A DNA stretch of 64,000 nucleotides from a virus. The stretch lies in IMG/VR virus record IMGVR_UViG_3300025168_009799, positions 1 through 64,000 of that record, one strand, 5' to 3'. Each line of letters starts with the position of its first letter. Positions within the stretch are counted from its first letter, which is position 1. Below are positions 1 through 7,246 of this stretch, piece by piece. A program made the translations under genes and the position numbers. The notes beneath the pieces are model-generated. The model did no database searches, was not told where the DNA came from, and saw nothing but the letters and a program-made list of their open reading frames with translations.

Positions 1-2
1 TA

Positions 3-68
3 TCCGGCTTTAGCCCAAGAGTTCAAAGCTTTTCTTTGTTCTTGCGTTTTGTTATTATCTGTCTTCAT
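3..68 (-). CDS. N-terminus of a probable superfamily 2 helicase (runs off the window edge)
   Basis: ATG at 68 gives MKTDNNKTQEQRKALNSWAKAG, which resembles the Q-motif (Q..Al..W) preceding Walker A in SF2 helicases; lies downstream of the DNA polymerase. Only 22 codons are visible. Confidence 0.4.
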   Translation of the reverse strand, partial: MKTDNNKTQEQRKALNSWAKAG

Positions 69-82
69 TATTTTTTGTGTTG

Positions 83-454
83 TTACCATGATCCTCTATC
101 TAAATTTCTATTCATTACTTTAATGACCTTACCTTTACATACTCCTAATTCTTCAGCCATTTTCTGCATAGTTTGATTAGGATTCCTATAAAAATAGTCG
201 ATAATCAAAGAGTCTTCTTTATTTACTACAGTATAAATGTGCTTATCTTTCACTTTCTGTGACAAATAGGCAAGTCTTAAGTCTCTTCGATGTGTTTCTC
301 CAATACCTACAGTAGGATCAACTTCGTCTATAGTTTTGGTACTTCGTTTAAAATAATTTTCAAATTCTATTGTATTCCTCTTAAATAATTCTTTCAAGAA
401 ATTACGCTGTTTTACTTCAGCTACGAAGTTTCTAATTAAATCTTTATCTGTCAT
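83..454 (-). CDS. Hypothetical protein with C-terminal helix-turn-helix
   Basis: 123 aa; NPNQTMQKMAEELGVCKGKVIKVM fits an HTH pattern. Confidence 0.6.
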   Translation of the reverse strand: MTDKDLIRNFVAEVKQRNFLKELFKRNTIEFENYFKRSTKTIDEVDPTVGIGETHRRDLRLAYLSQKVKDKHIYTVVNKEDSLIIDYFYRNPNQTMQKMAEELGVCKGKVIKVMNRNLDRGSW

Positions 455-488
455 AATATTCGTTTTAATTGGTTAATAAAAATGTAAG

Positions 489-2351
489 CTACTTTTCCCA
501 ACAGTTGCTTACGGTTACTTCAGCTTTTAACAAGCCGTTTGTTACAATCTCTAATGCAGCATCTTCCATTAGTTCTTTCATTTTAATTGTCCATGAACCT
601 ACATACTCATCTTTACATATAGTATCTATTTGATCATGAACAGTCATTACTAGTTGAACAGGAATATTAAACTCTTTAATGTAATCACGCATTAATATTA
701 AAGCGCGCTTAGTCATATCTGCACTAGCTCCTTGTATTGGTGTATTCTTTGAAGCTCGTTCAATTGTCCCAAGTTCTAACATTGAGGATTTGTTATGCCA
801 AATCTTAGGATACCAGTTACTAAACCATCTCTTTCTGTTATAAGGAGGAAATGTTTTAATGTACCCAAATTTCTTTCCATAATTACCTAGTTTATCTAAA
901 AACCCTTTAATTGCAGGAAACGCTTTGAAGTACTTATCTATTAATGTTGTAGCTTCATCCTTAGATATATCTAAAGTTGCAGCTAATTTATTTGGACCCA
1001 TACCATAAGCAAGGCCAAAATTAATAGTTTTAACATTTGTTCTCAATTTTTTATGTGAAGGGCAACTGCACTTAGTTTTACGACTAAAGTATGTGCAATT
1101 TTCCTCCCCACTATCCATCCACAGTCCACCATATACTAATTCAGCACAAGTTGAATGTAGGTCTTGACCTTCTTCTAAGGCATTCAGCCAAACTGGATCC
1201 TTAGATCCGAAAGCAATTACATTTAATTCTTGTGAACTATAGTCAGCACTAACAAAACTCCATCCCTTTGGAGCTGTAAAACAATTACGAAAAGCATTAT
1301 CTGCTGGTATTTGTTGCATATTAGGCTTGCTACTACTTACTCGTCCTGTATCTAGTATTTGGTGAAAACTGGTATGGATCTTATTATCTACTCTAACATT
1401 CTCTAAAAATTTCTCTCCATAAGAAGTCAATAGTTTCATTGCTTCTTTATAGTTTATGTAAGTATCAATTAATTCATTGTTCTTTCTAAAAGTGTATAAT
1501 TCTTTGCCATTTACATTAGTTAATGTAGGAATAGTAGTTTGAAAGACTTCTAATACTTGCTTTGGACTAGTCCATTTAATATTTACAGTTCTTAAATCTT
1601 CAAGTGGTGTAAACATATCTGCTTGTATATATTTATAAAGAAATTCTTTATATTTATCATCTTCTATCACTATATTATCTAAACATATTTCTAATGCTTT
1701 AGCTTTTAATCTACTCTTGTCTTCTAATTTTTTCCATTGCTCTTTGTCAATGTGTATTCCGTTATATTCTATGTCTGCAAAGGCTAAAACAGCCTCATTT
1801 TCTAATTTTACTGTATTTTCTAATTTATGATGTTTAATGCTATTCTCTTGCGATTTAAACAACTTTGATAGTAATTGAATGTCTTTAGCTCCATATGCTA
1901 TCTGATCGTCTGTAAATGCTCCTGTGTGATTTATGAATGATTTCTGTGTTTCTTTACTCAGTTCTATTTGTAATCTTCTCTTTACTGTCTCTTTTAAGGA
2001 TACTGATAATTTCTTACCACATGTTAGAATTCTTTCTGCTAACATTGTATCATATACATTCTCACAATTTATATTAAATTTCTTTATAAAATTAACATCA
2101 AACTTTGCGTTATGTAGTATTTTTACTATTTGTTTACTTTCTAATATATCTTTCAATGGTGTTACATCAATTTCTCTCACATCTATGATGTATTGTGTGT
2201 CTTGATCTCCAATTTGTAACATTATTATGTTATTATTGGTAAAACTTAGGCCTGTAGTTTCTGTATCTACTCCTATTTGCTGTTTATCCTTACAATACTC
2301 CACTACATTAAGTAGTGAAGTATCGGAAGCTTTATTTACTATTTTTATCAT
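489..2351 (-). CDS. polA: Family A DNA polymerase with 3'-5' exonuclease domain
   Basis: ExoI DTETTGL, ExoII HNAKFD, ExoIII YGAKD; TGRVSSSKPNMQQIP; motif A ADYSSQEL, motif B RTNVKTINFGLAYG, motif C TVHDQI. Confidence 0.97.
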   Translation of the reverse strand: MIKIVNKASDTSLLNVVEYCKDKQQIGVDTETTGLSFTNNNIIMLQIGDQDTQYIIDVREIDVTPLKDILESKQIVKILHNAKFDVNFIKKFNINCENVYDTMLAERILTCGKKLSVSLKETVKRRLQIELSKETQKSFINHTGAFTDDQIAYGAKDIQLLSKLFKSQENSIKHHKLENTVKLENEAVLAFADIEYNGIHIDKEQWKKLEDKSRLKAKALEICLDNIVIEDDKYKEFLYKYIQADMFTPLEDLRTVNIKWTSPKQVLEVFQTTIPTLTNVNGKELYTFRKNNELIDTYINYKEAMKLLTSYGEKFLENVRVDNKIHTSFHQILDTGRVSSSKPNMQQIPADNAFRNCFTAPKGWSFVSADYSSQELNVIAFGSKDPVWLNALEEGQDLHSTCAELVYGGLWMDSGEENCTYFSRKTKCSCPSHKKLRTNVKTINFGLAYGMGPNKLAATLDISKDEATTLIDKYFKAFPAIKGFLDKLGNYGKKFGYIKTFPPYNRKRWFSNWYPKIWHNKSSMLELGTIERASKNTPIQGASADMTKRALILMRDYIKEFNIPVQLVMTVHDQIDTICKDEYVGSWTIKMKELMEDAALEIVTNGLLKAEVTVSNCWEK

Positions 2352-2552
2352 TTATTTGATATCTAAAGTGTGTACTCTAATGCCACTATCAGTTTTCTTA
2401 GGTGTTCCTTTAGGTGAAGGCCATCCAAATTGCATTTCAAATCCTAAATCCTCTGTTATAATCTTAGGCATTACTATTTTATAATGTGTTCTAGTCTTTC
2501 TACCCTCTTTATCTAGGCCATAGACTGGTTTTAAACAAGTTTGTTTTGTCAT
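2352..2552 (-). CDS. Hypothetical protein
   Basis: 66-aa ORF whose stop abuts the polA ATG. Confidence 0.6.
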   Translation of the reverse strand: MTKQTCLKPVYGLDKEGRKTRTHYKIVMPKIITEDLGFEMQFGWPSPKGTPKKTDSGIRVHTLDIK

Positions 2553-2573
2553 AAATACTGTTTTTATAAAATG

Positions 2574-2598
2574 AAAAAGGGAAGATTTCTCTTCCCTT
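2574..2598 (-). terminator. Rho-independent terminator
   Basis: Minus strand AAGGGAAGA-GAAA-TCTTCCCTT (9-bp stem, GAAA loop) running into TTTTT, downstream of the 209-aa gene. Confidence 0.75.
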
Positions 2599-2758
2599 CA
2601 TCATTTCTGCGACATACCGTAGGTATTGTCATCGTCAATTATTTAGTTGAATTCCAAGGTATTAAGATAAAATTATGCAAGTTTCTTTTATACTTAAATA
2701 TAACTTGGAGCAAATATAAGTAATTTGTAGATACTATACAAGTATATACTAATTATTT

Positions 2759-3388
2759 TTATATGCCCATAGTTTGATCAGTTATCTCTCCTGTTTCAAC
2801 ATTAACTTTTTCACTCTCTTTACCTGGAGCAATTGCATCCTGTTCTAATGTTTCGTGTTGAACTATTTCTCCTTCATCAGCTAATACTACTGTTGGATTA
2901 CTAAAGATGTAAAAGCTTTTATGTGTAATAAATGCTCCTTCTGCACCTTTTCTTTTAGCTGCTTTTTCTACATTCTCTGCTTGCCATTCATTTGGATCAA
3001 CTGTTTCTTTGATCTGTACTCTGAACATTTTATCTAATTCAGGATGATAAGGATTAAGAATGTTTAAAGGTAAAATATCAACTTCTCTATTTCCTACTTG
3101 ACCTGTTGTCCAGTTAGGATTTTTATCTGATACGTCAACTCCAAATAATTCCATCATTCTTTTTGGTGATGCAGTAGTCCAAGCTCTTCTTGCTTTTAAT
3201 TGAAATCTAGGATCATCTGAATTTAATGTTGCTACAGCTGATAATGCTGATCTTGAAACACTGTTTTCAAATGACTCAGCAAATTCTAAGTACATTTTAT
3301 CTCCTTTACTAGTTGGTCTACAGTTTACTAGTAAACATTGCCCTGTTTTTAGAGTGTCTAAGGCCCCACTGTTGATTTTGTTTTGCAT
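2759..3388 (-). CDS. Hypothetical protein (possibly ssDNA-binding)
   Basis: 209 aa with an acidic, flexible-looking C-terminus, in the replication block; function is inference only. Confidence 0.7.
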   Translation of the reverse strand: MQNKINSGALDTLKTGQCLLVNCRPTSKGDKMYLEFAESFENSVSRSALSAVATLNSDDPRFQLKARRAWTTASPKRMMELFGVDVSDKNPNWTTGQVGNREVDILPLNILNPYHPELDKMFRVQIKETVDPNEWQAENVEKAAKRKGAEGAFITHKSFYIFSNPTVVLADEGEIVQHETLEQDAIAPGKESEKVNVETGEITDQTMGI

Positions 3389-3427
3389 GTTTTTAAATTT
3401 AAATGTTATAATTGGTGTTAGTTTTTA

Positions 3428-3595
3428 TTAGGATACTAACATCCTGTCTATTTTCTTCTTAAGCATAGTTATTACAAATTGTCCTACTTTAGGATGAACT
3501 GAAGTTGATGTTCGTATACATTTAATAAGTCTAGCTAATTGATCTACTGATTTATTTTTTGTAGATACTCGTCTTCCTTTAATAGTTATGACCAT
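3428..3595 (-). CDS. Hypothetical protein
   Basis: ORF track start is 3649; ATG at 3595 (MVITIKG) gives a short overlap with the upstream stop and is more plausible. Confidence 0.5.
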   Translation of the reverse strand: MVITIKGRRVSTKNKSVDQLARLIKCIRTSTSVHPKVGQFVITMLKKKIDRMLVS

Positions 3596-3804
3596 TGATA
3601 CATCATTAGTAGTGTTATACATAATACTAATGAAATGGATAAACTCCATATTCTAGTTGTGTCTAATTTCTTCTCTAAATACTCAACTTTCATATTTGAT
3701 ACTTTTAACTCTTGTATGTATCTAAGTTCTTGAGTTTTCTTCATAGTTAATTGTCTAGCTAACGATGGTCCTTTCTTTTTAGGTTTAACGGTTTTTTCTG
3801 TCAT
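3586..3804 (-). CDS. Small protein with C-terminal transmembrane helix
   Basis: 72 aa; coiled-coil-like region then IWSLSISLVLCITLLMMY. Confidence 0.65.
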   Translation of the reverse strand: MTEKTVKPKKKGPSLARQLTMKKTQELRYIQELKVSNMKVEYLEKKLDTTRIWSLSISLVLCITLLMMYQWS

Positions 3805-3814
3805 TTTTTGATCT

Positions 3815-4000
3815 TTAATGGTTAATAGTTTGGTTAATGTTAGATAATACTTCTGTTGTTTTCTTTGTTAATTCTGCATTCTTTCCTATAAGTTCTCTGT
3901 TAAGTCTAACTTCAGTTGCTAAAGTCTTAGCTATATTAGATAACTCTAATATTTGCTTGTTTAAGCTGTCGATTAGATCCATGATCTCTTTATTTGTCAT
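3815..4000 (-). CDS. Small coiled-coil protein
   Basis: 61 aa with heptad pattern and an A-rich leader. Confidence 0.65.
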   Translation of the reverse strand: MTNKEIMDLIDSLNKQILELSNIAKTLATEVRLNRELIGKNAELTKKTTEVLSNINQTINH

Positions 4001-4105
4001 TTTTAAATGGTTTAAGTAAAAGTTAGACTTAATAAATAGTTTATCTGTTAGCGTTAAGCTTAGTAAGAATGGATTGTCTTGCCCCTATTTATTAAAGTCT
4101 ACACT

Positions 4106-4495
4106 TTATGGTTTCTTATGTATATTAATTATTTTTGTACCTCTTCTATTTAACTCAAGGTAATCACCTATTTGTATTAGTGAATACTCACCAAATGTAG
4201 AATAGTATGTTGAGCCATCTTTTAATGCTATTAAATAATAATCATTTTTATCTTTAGCGATGACTTGTCTTGTATCTGTTGTTGTCCATCTAACACCATC
4301 TTCATCAATTACAGGTATTGTTCTAACAGTATTACAAGAAGAGCAAGTTATAAGTAACATAATAAATATGATTACTGGAGTTAATAAGATACACCAACTT
4401 AATGTTGTCTCAAATATGTTATATCTTTTATCTCTTTTTATTCTATCATAATTAGCTTTCATTACTTTAGGATCTGATTTGTAAGGTTCTTTCAT
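4106..4495 (-). CDS. Membrane-anchored or lipoprotein-like hypothetical protein
   Basis: 129 aa; hydrophobic WCILLTPVIIFIMLLIT followed by lipobox-like CSSC. Confidence 0.65.
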   Translation of the reverse strand: MKEPYKSDPKVMKANYDRIKRDKRYNIFETTLSWCILLTPVIIFIMLLITCSSCNTVRTIPVIDEDGVRWTTTDTRQVIAKDKNDYYLIALKDGSTYYSTFGEYSLIQIGDYLELNRRGTKIINIHKKP

Positions 4496-4680
4496 TTCTT
4501 ACTTGTTAATTTCCAGTCAAAGCCAATTGATAAGCCTAACATAGTTATTGCTAGTCCATCTCTTAATTTGAATCCTATCATTAGTAAATCTGCTTGACTA
4601 GAAGCAAATTCAATTTTAAAACAGATATTAAATCTATTCATTAGTGTTATGGAACACCACTCCTTAGCATAATTCTTCAT
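4492..4680 (-). CDS. Hypothetical protein
   Basis: 62 aa; ATGA overlap with the next gene. Confidence 0.6.
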   Translation of the reverse strand: MKNYAKEWCSITLMNRFNICFKIEFASSQADLLMIGFKLRDGLAITMLGLSIGFDWKLTSKK

Positions 4681-4687
4681 ATTTATT

Positions 4688-4720
4688 TGTTTAGTTAATG
4701 TTTAGTTAATGTTTAGTTAA
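4688..4720. repeat. Three perfect copies of the 11-bp tandem repeat TGTTTAGTTAA
   Basis: Units at 4688, 4699 and 4710, directly upstream of the minus-strand ATG at 4680. Confidence 0.95.
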
Positions 4721-4846
4721 TAATAACAGGTAAGCAGCGTTTATTAGCAATATCGCGGGTTATCCCATACTGACTACTTGTTCGACACCAAATCTAGATA
4801 GTTATCACTAACCTTTGGGCTTATTGTTACACCTGTTATTAAGTTG

Positions 4847-5098
4847 TTATTGCAGAAGAAAGCTAATGACTCTTCTTAAATCTCTTTTTATATCTTCATT
4901 AGCCTCTACACCATTAGCATCTTTATAATCATTAATTATAGCATGACATGTATTTAATGTGTTGATTACAAATGGTGCTTTCATTCTTTCTTTTAAATCA
5001 GCAAGTTGTGACAATAGTATTGTATTGTGATTTAATGCTTTAGTTATCTCTAAGTTTTTGTTTAGAATCTTAGTATCTAATTCAATATTCTTTTCCAT
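4847..5098 (-). CDS. Hypothetical protein
   Basis: 83-aa ORF preceded by the 11-mer repeat leader. Confidence 0.65.
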   Translation of the reverse strand: MEKNIELDTKILNKNLEITKALNHNTILLSQLADLKERMKAPFVINTLNTCHAIINDYKDANGVEANEDIKRDLRRVISFLLQ

Positions 5099-5105
5099 GA
5101 TTTAA

Positions 5106-5133
5106 TGTTTAGTTAAGGTTTAGTTAATGTTTA
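5106..5133. repeat. Second array of the 11-mer (TGTTTAGTTAA, GGTTTAGTTAA, partial)
   Basis: Same unit as 4688-4720, upstream of the ATG at 5098. Confidence 0.85.
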
Positions 5134-5305
5134 AAGTGTTACTATGTGTTATACTATACAATACGACTGTAATGTAAGTTATGTGAATGTAGTGTGAAAG
5201 CTGCGAATACACAGTCCTTCGTGCACTCACTCGTAACGTAACCCTTAGTTAATACTCAATCCGTTTGACGATGACATAGGTGGATTATTCCTACGGATGT
5301 GGTGG

Positions 5306-5554
5306 TTACTCAACTTCGCCACCTACTAACCATTTGAACTCAACAGTCTTCTCAGGATTATCTTCATCGATAACCGTTGATGTTTCAAACTTAGGATTAG
5401 TAATGACAACTGTATCTCCAACATTTAAAGAGAACTCACTACCTTTGTGAACAAAGATAGGCTCTCCCTTAGTGATGAACTGTCCGTTACCGAACTCCAT
5501 ACTACGAGTGAGTAAGATACAAGTGTCATACAACTTAGTAATTATGTATTTCAT
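5306..5554 (-). CDS. Hypothetical protein (first gene of the minus-strand block)
   Basis: ATG at 5554 (MKYIITKLYD..., 82 aa) preferred over the track's alternative start at 5635. Confidence 0.6.
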   Translation of the reverse strand: MKYIITKLYDTCILLTRSMEFGNGQFITKGEPIFVHKGSEFSLNVGDTVVITNPKFETSTVIDEDNPEKTVEFKWLVGGEVE

Positions 5555-5665
5555 AGTTAAAAAGTTTGATATAGGGGATACTCCCAAATATCGATTTAAC
5601 ACTGGGGTCGTTGACAAGGAGGTCCGCACGCTCACAAATAAAGGTTAAAAAAATTTTTTTTATTT

Positions 5666-5698
5666 TTTGTTGTTTATTAAATATTTTTAGTATTTTTG
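5666..5698 (+). promoter_or_regulatory. Bacteroidota primary-sigma promoter (-33 TTTG, -7 TAnnTTTG)
   Basis: TTTG at 5666-5669, 21-nt spacer, TATTTTTG at 5691-5698. Confidence 0.7.
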
Positions 5699-5700
5699 CA

Positions 5701-5947
5701 CCGCAACAATATCATCCCTCGGTAACCAAAAAAGGGATTAGACATCGGATTGGTAGTTCTAAATAAGAATGAGATTTTCTCCGGTAGTTGCAAAAGAGTA
5801 ATGTATAAAATCTAATTAGGATACATGGCACATAGGTAGGTGCGGTGAATTAACACCAGTTTTAGTATCCTTTGGTCTCCGATGAGGAAAGCACTATTAG
5901 AAAGAAATCATAACTTGAAAGAATCAAAAACCTAGGGGGAAAGTTAT
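5701..5947 (+). ncRNA. Candidate structured non-coding RNA (about 245 nt)
   Basis: No ORF of 60 aa or more, raised GC, eight mutually compatible helices found by eye, bracketed by two promoters. Confidence 0.6.
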
Positions 5948-5982
5948 ATACTTTTTAGAAATTTTAAAAAAAAATTTATTTT

Positions 5983-6015
5983 TTAGTATTTATATAAAAA
6001 ACTTTTATATTTTTG
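5983..6015 (+). promoter_or_regulatory. Second TAnnTTTG promoter, upstream of groES
   Basis: TATTTTTG at 6008-6015, TTAG at the -33 position, upstream A-tract/T-tract similar to the 5641-5698 promoter. Confidence 0.6.
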
Positions 6016-6038
6016 TCAAGAAATTAAATAATTAAAAT

Positions 6039-6317
6039 ATGAAAGTGACTAAACCTAACTTTAAACCCTTAAGGGATTGGATCTTATTACCAGATCCAAG
6101 AAAAACAAAAACAGAAAGCGGGATAATATTATCTGAAGAAGCTGCTGATAAAATGACAACTAATATACTAGAGATTCTGGATGTAGGTCCGGATGTTAAA
6201 TCTGTTAAAGCTGGAGATACTGTAATGGTAGATCCTAGCGTAGCAGGTAAAATTATAGTAGTAGATGATGTATCATTTGTATTAGTAAGTGAATTCCATG
6301 TATTAGGAGTACTGTAA
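6039..6317 (+). CDS. groES: Co-chaperonin GroES (Cpn10)
   Basis: FKPLRDWILL...KTESGIIL mobile loop...DVGPDVKSVKAGDTVM...HVLGVL. Confidence 0.9.
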   Translation: MKVTKPNFKPLRDWILLPDPRKTKTESGIILSEEAADKMTTNILEILDVGPDVKSVKAGDTVMVDPSVAGKIIVVDDVSFVLVSEFHVLGVL

Positions 6318-6661
6318 TGAAAGCTGAAGATCGTAGAAGAATAACTATTAAGGCTGATACTACCTTAAAGTATATCCAAGTATGGAACGGGATATTCAAT
6401 TTAACTAATAAAGAATTAGAGGTATTAGCATTATTTATAGATATCCATAAGACAGTGGATATTAAGAGTATATGCCATAATAAAATAAAACAAGTAGTTG
6501 CAGCTAAATTAGATATTAGAGATGCTAACACATTGAATAACTATATTAAGAAATTAAAAGATAAAGGCGCTTTAAGAAAAAATAAGAATCTTTATGTCTT
6601 AACACCTATTCTTAATCCAAATATTAAAAGAGTTGAGGTCAATATCAATAGCAACAAATAA
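6317..6661 (+). CDS. Winged-helix DNA-binding protein
   Basis: LTNKELEVLA...VAAKLDI...TLNNYIKKLKDKGAL. Confidence 0.7.
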   Translation: MKAEDRRRITIKADTTLKYIQVWNGIFNLTNKELEVLALFIDIHKTVDIKSICHNKIKQVVAAKLDIRDANTLNNYIKKLKDKGALRKNKNLYVLTPILNPNIKRVEVNINSNK

Positions 6662-6806
6662 TATATTCATTGAGGAATGGTTATTACTAGAAGGAGAATA
6701 CGTAGTGATAGTTATAATAGGATATGATTATGAAGGAAACTGTATTAAATTAAAAATAGAACATGAGCCAATCAAAGAAAAAACCGTTAACCACTTTATT
6801 GAGTAA
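6633..6806 (+). CDS. Small hypothetical protein (57 aa, TTG start; not in ORF track)
   Basis: Open frame LRSISIATNNIFIEEWLLLEGEYVVIVIIGYDYEGNCIKLKIEHEP...; fills the gap between neighbouring genes. Confidence 0.4.
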   Translation: MRSISIATNNIFIEEWLLLEGEYVVIVIIGYDYEGNCIKLKIEHEPIKEKTVNHFIE

Positions 6807-7029
6807 TTTTATTAAAGAAGGAACTAAGTATGTTCAGCATGGTATGCCGCAAGTATCACCTGAAGAGTATACAAAAAGATTAAAAATTTGTTATGAATGT
6901 GAACATTTACGAGAAGTGAGTACTTCTTGTGGATTATGTGGCTGTGGTATGGAGATGAAAGCTAAATGGGGAACATCTACGTGTCCAGATAATCCACCTA
7001 AATGGGAGGCTACGCATGGTAAAGGATAG
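6763..7029 (+). CDS. Cys-rich zinc-binding protein (DUF6171-like)
   Basis: RLKICYECEH...CGLCGCGMEMKAKW...CP...KW. Confidence 0.75.
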   Translation: MSQSKKKPLTTLLSNFIKEGTKYVQHGMPQVSPEEYTKRLKICYECEHLREVSTSCGLCGCGMEMKAKWGTSTCPDNPPKWEATHGKG

Positions 7030-7246
7030 AGAAGAGATTATTTATTATCTATCTAATAAATATGAGGTACCAATATATTTAGTTAGAGAGATTGTTAATT
7101 ATCAATTTAAATTTGTGTCAAAGCAAATAAAAGAGGGAGATTATGATGCGATACGTTTACCATATTTTGGTAACTTTTCTGTAAATAAAAATAGAGTTAA
7201 ATATATAACAAAATTAAAAAATGAAAAAATTATTAAAGACCTTTAA
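7016..7246 (+). CDS. HU/IHF-like DNA-binding protein
   Basis: Helical N-terminus and IRLPYFGNFSV signature; typical position upstream of terL in crAss-like phages. Confidence 0.75.
   Translation: MVKDREEIIYYLSNKYEVPIYLVREIVNYQFKFVSKQIKEGDYDAIRLPYFGNFSVNKNRVKYITKLKNEKIIKDL

Noticed and set aside
4721-4841. tRNA or pistol/twister ribozyme
   Set aside because: GTTCGA and AAGCCC-like words occur, but I could not build a cloverleaf or the required pseudoknots
4688-5133. CRISPR array
   Set aside because: Repeats are 11 bp, directly tandem, with no spacers; no cas genes are visible
5611-5640. E. coli-type sigma70 promoter at TTGACA
   Set aside because: No acceptable -10 element at the right spacing, and the other promoter signals here are Bacteroidota-type
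5881-5895. RNase P RNA (GAGGAAAG) or hammerhead (CUGAUGA...GAAA) identity for the ncRNA candidate
   Set aside because: GAGGAAAG is not followed by UCC and no matching CR-V is found; CCGAUGAGGAAA lacks the hammerhead core and stem II
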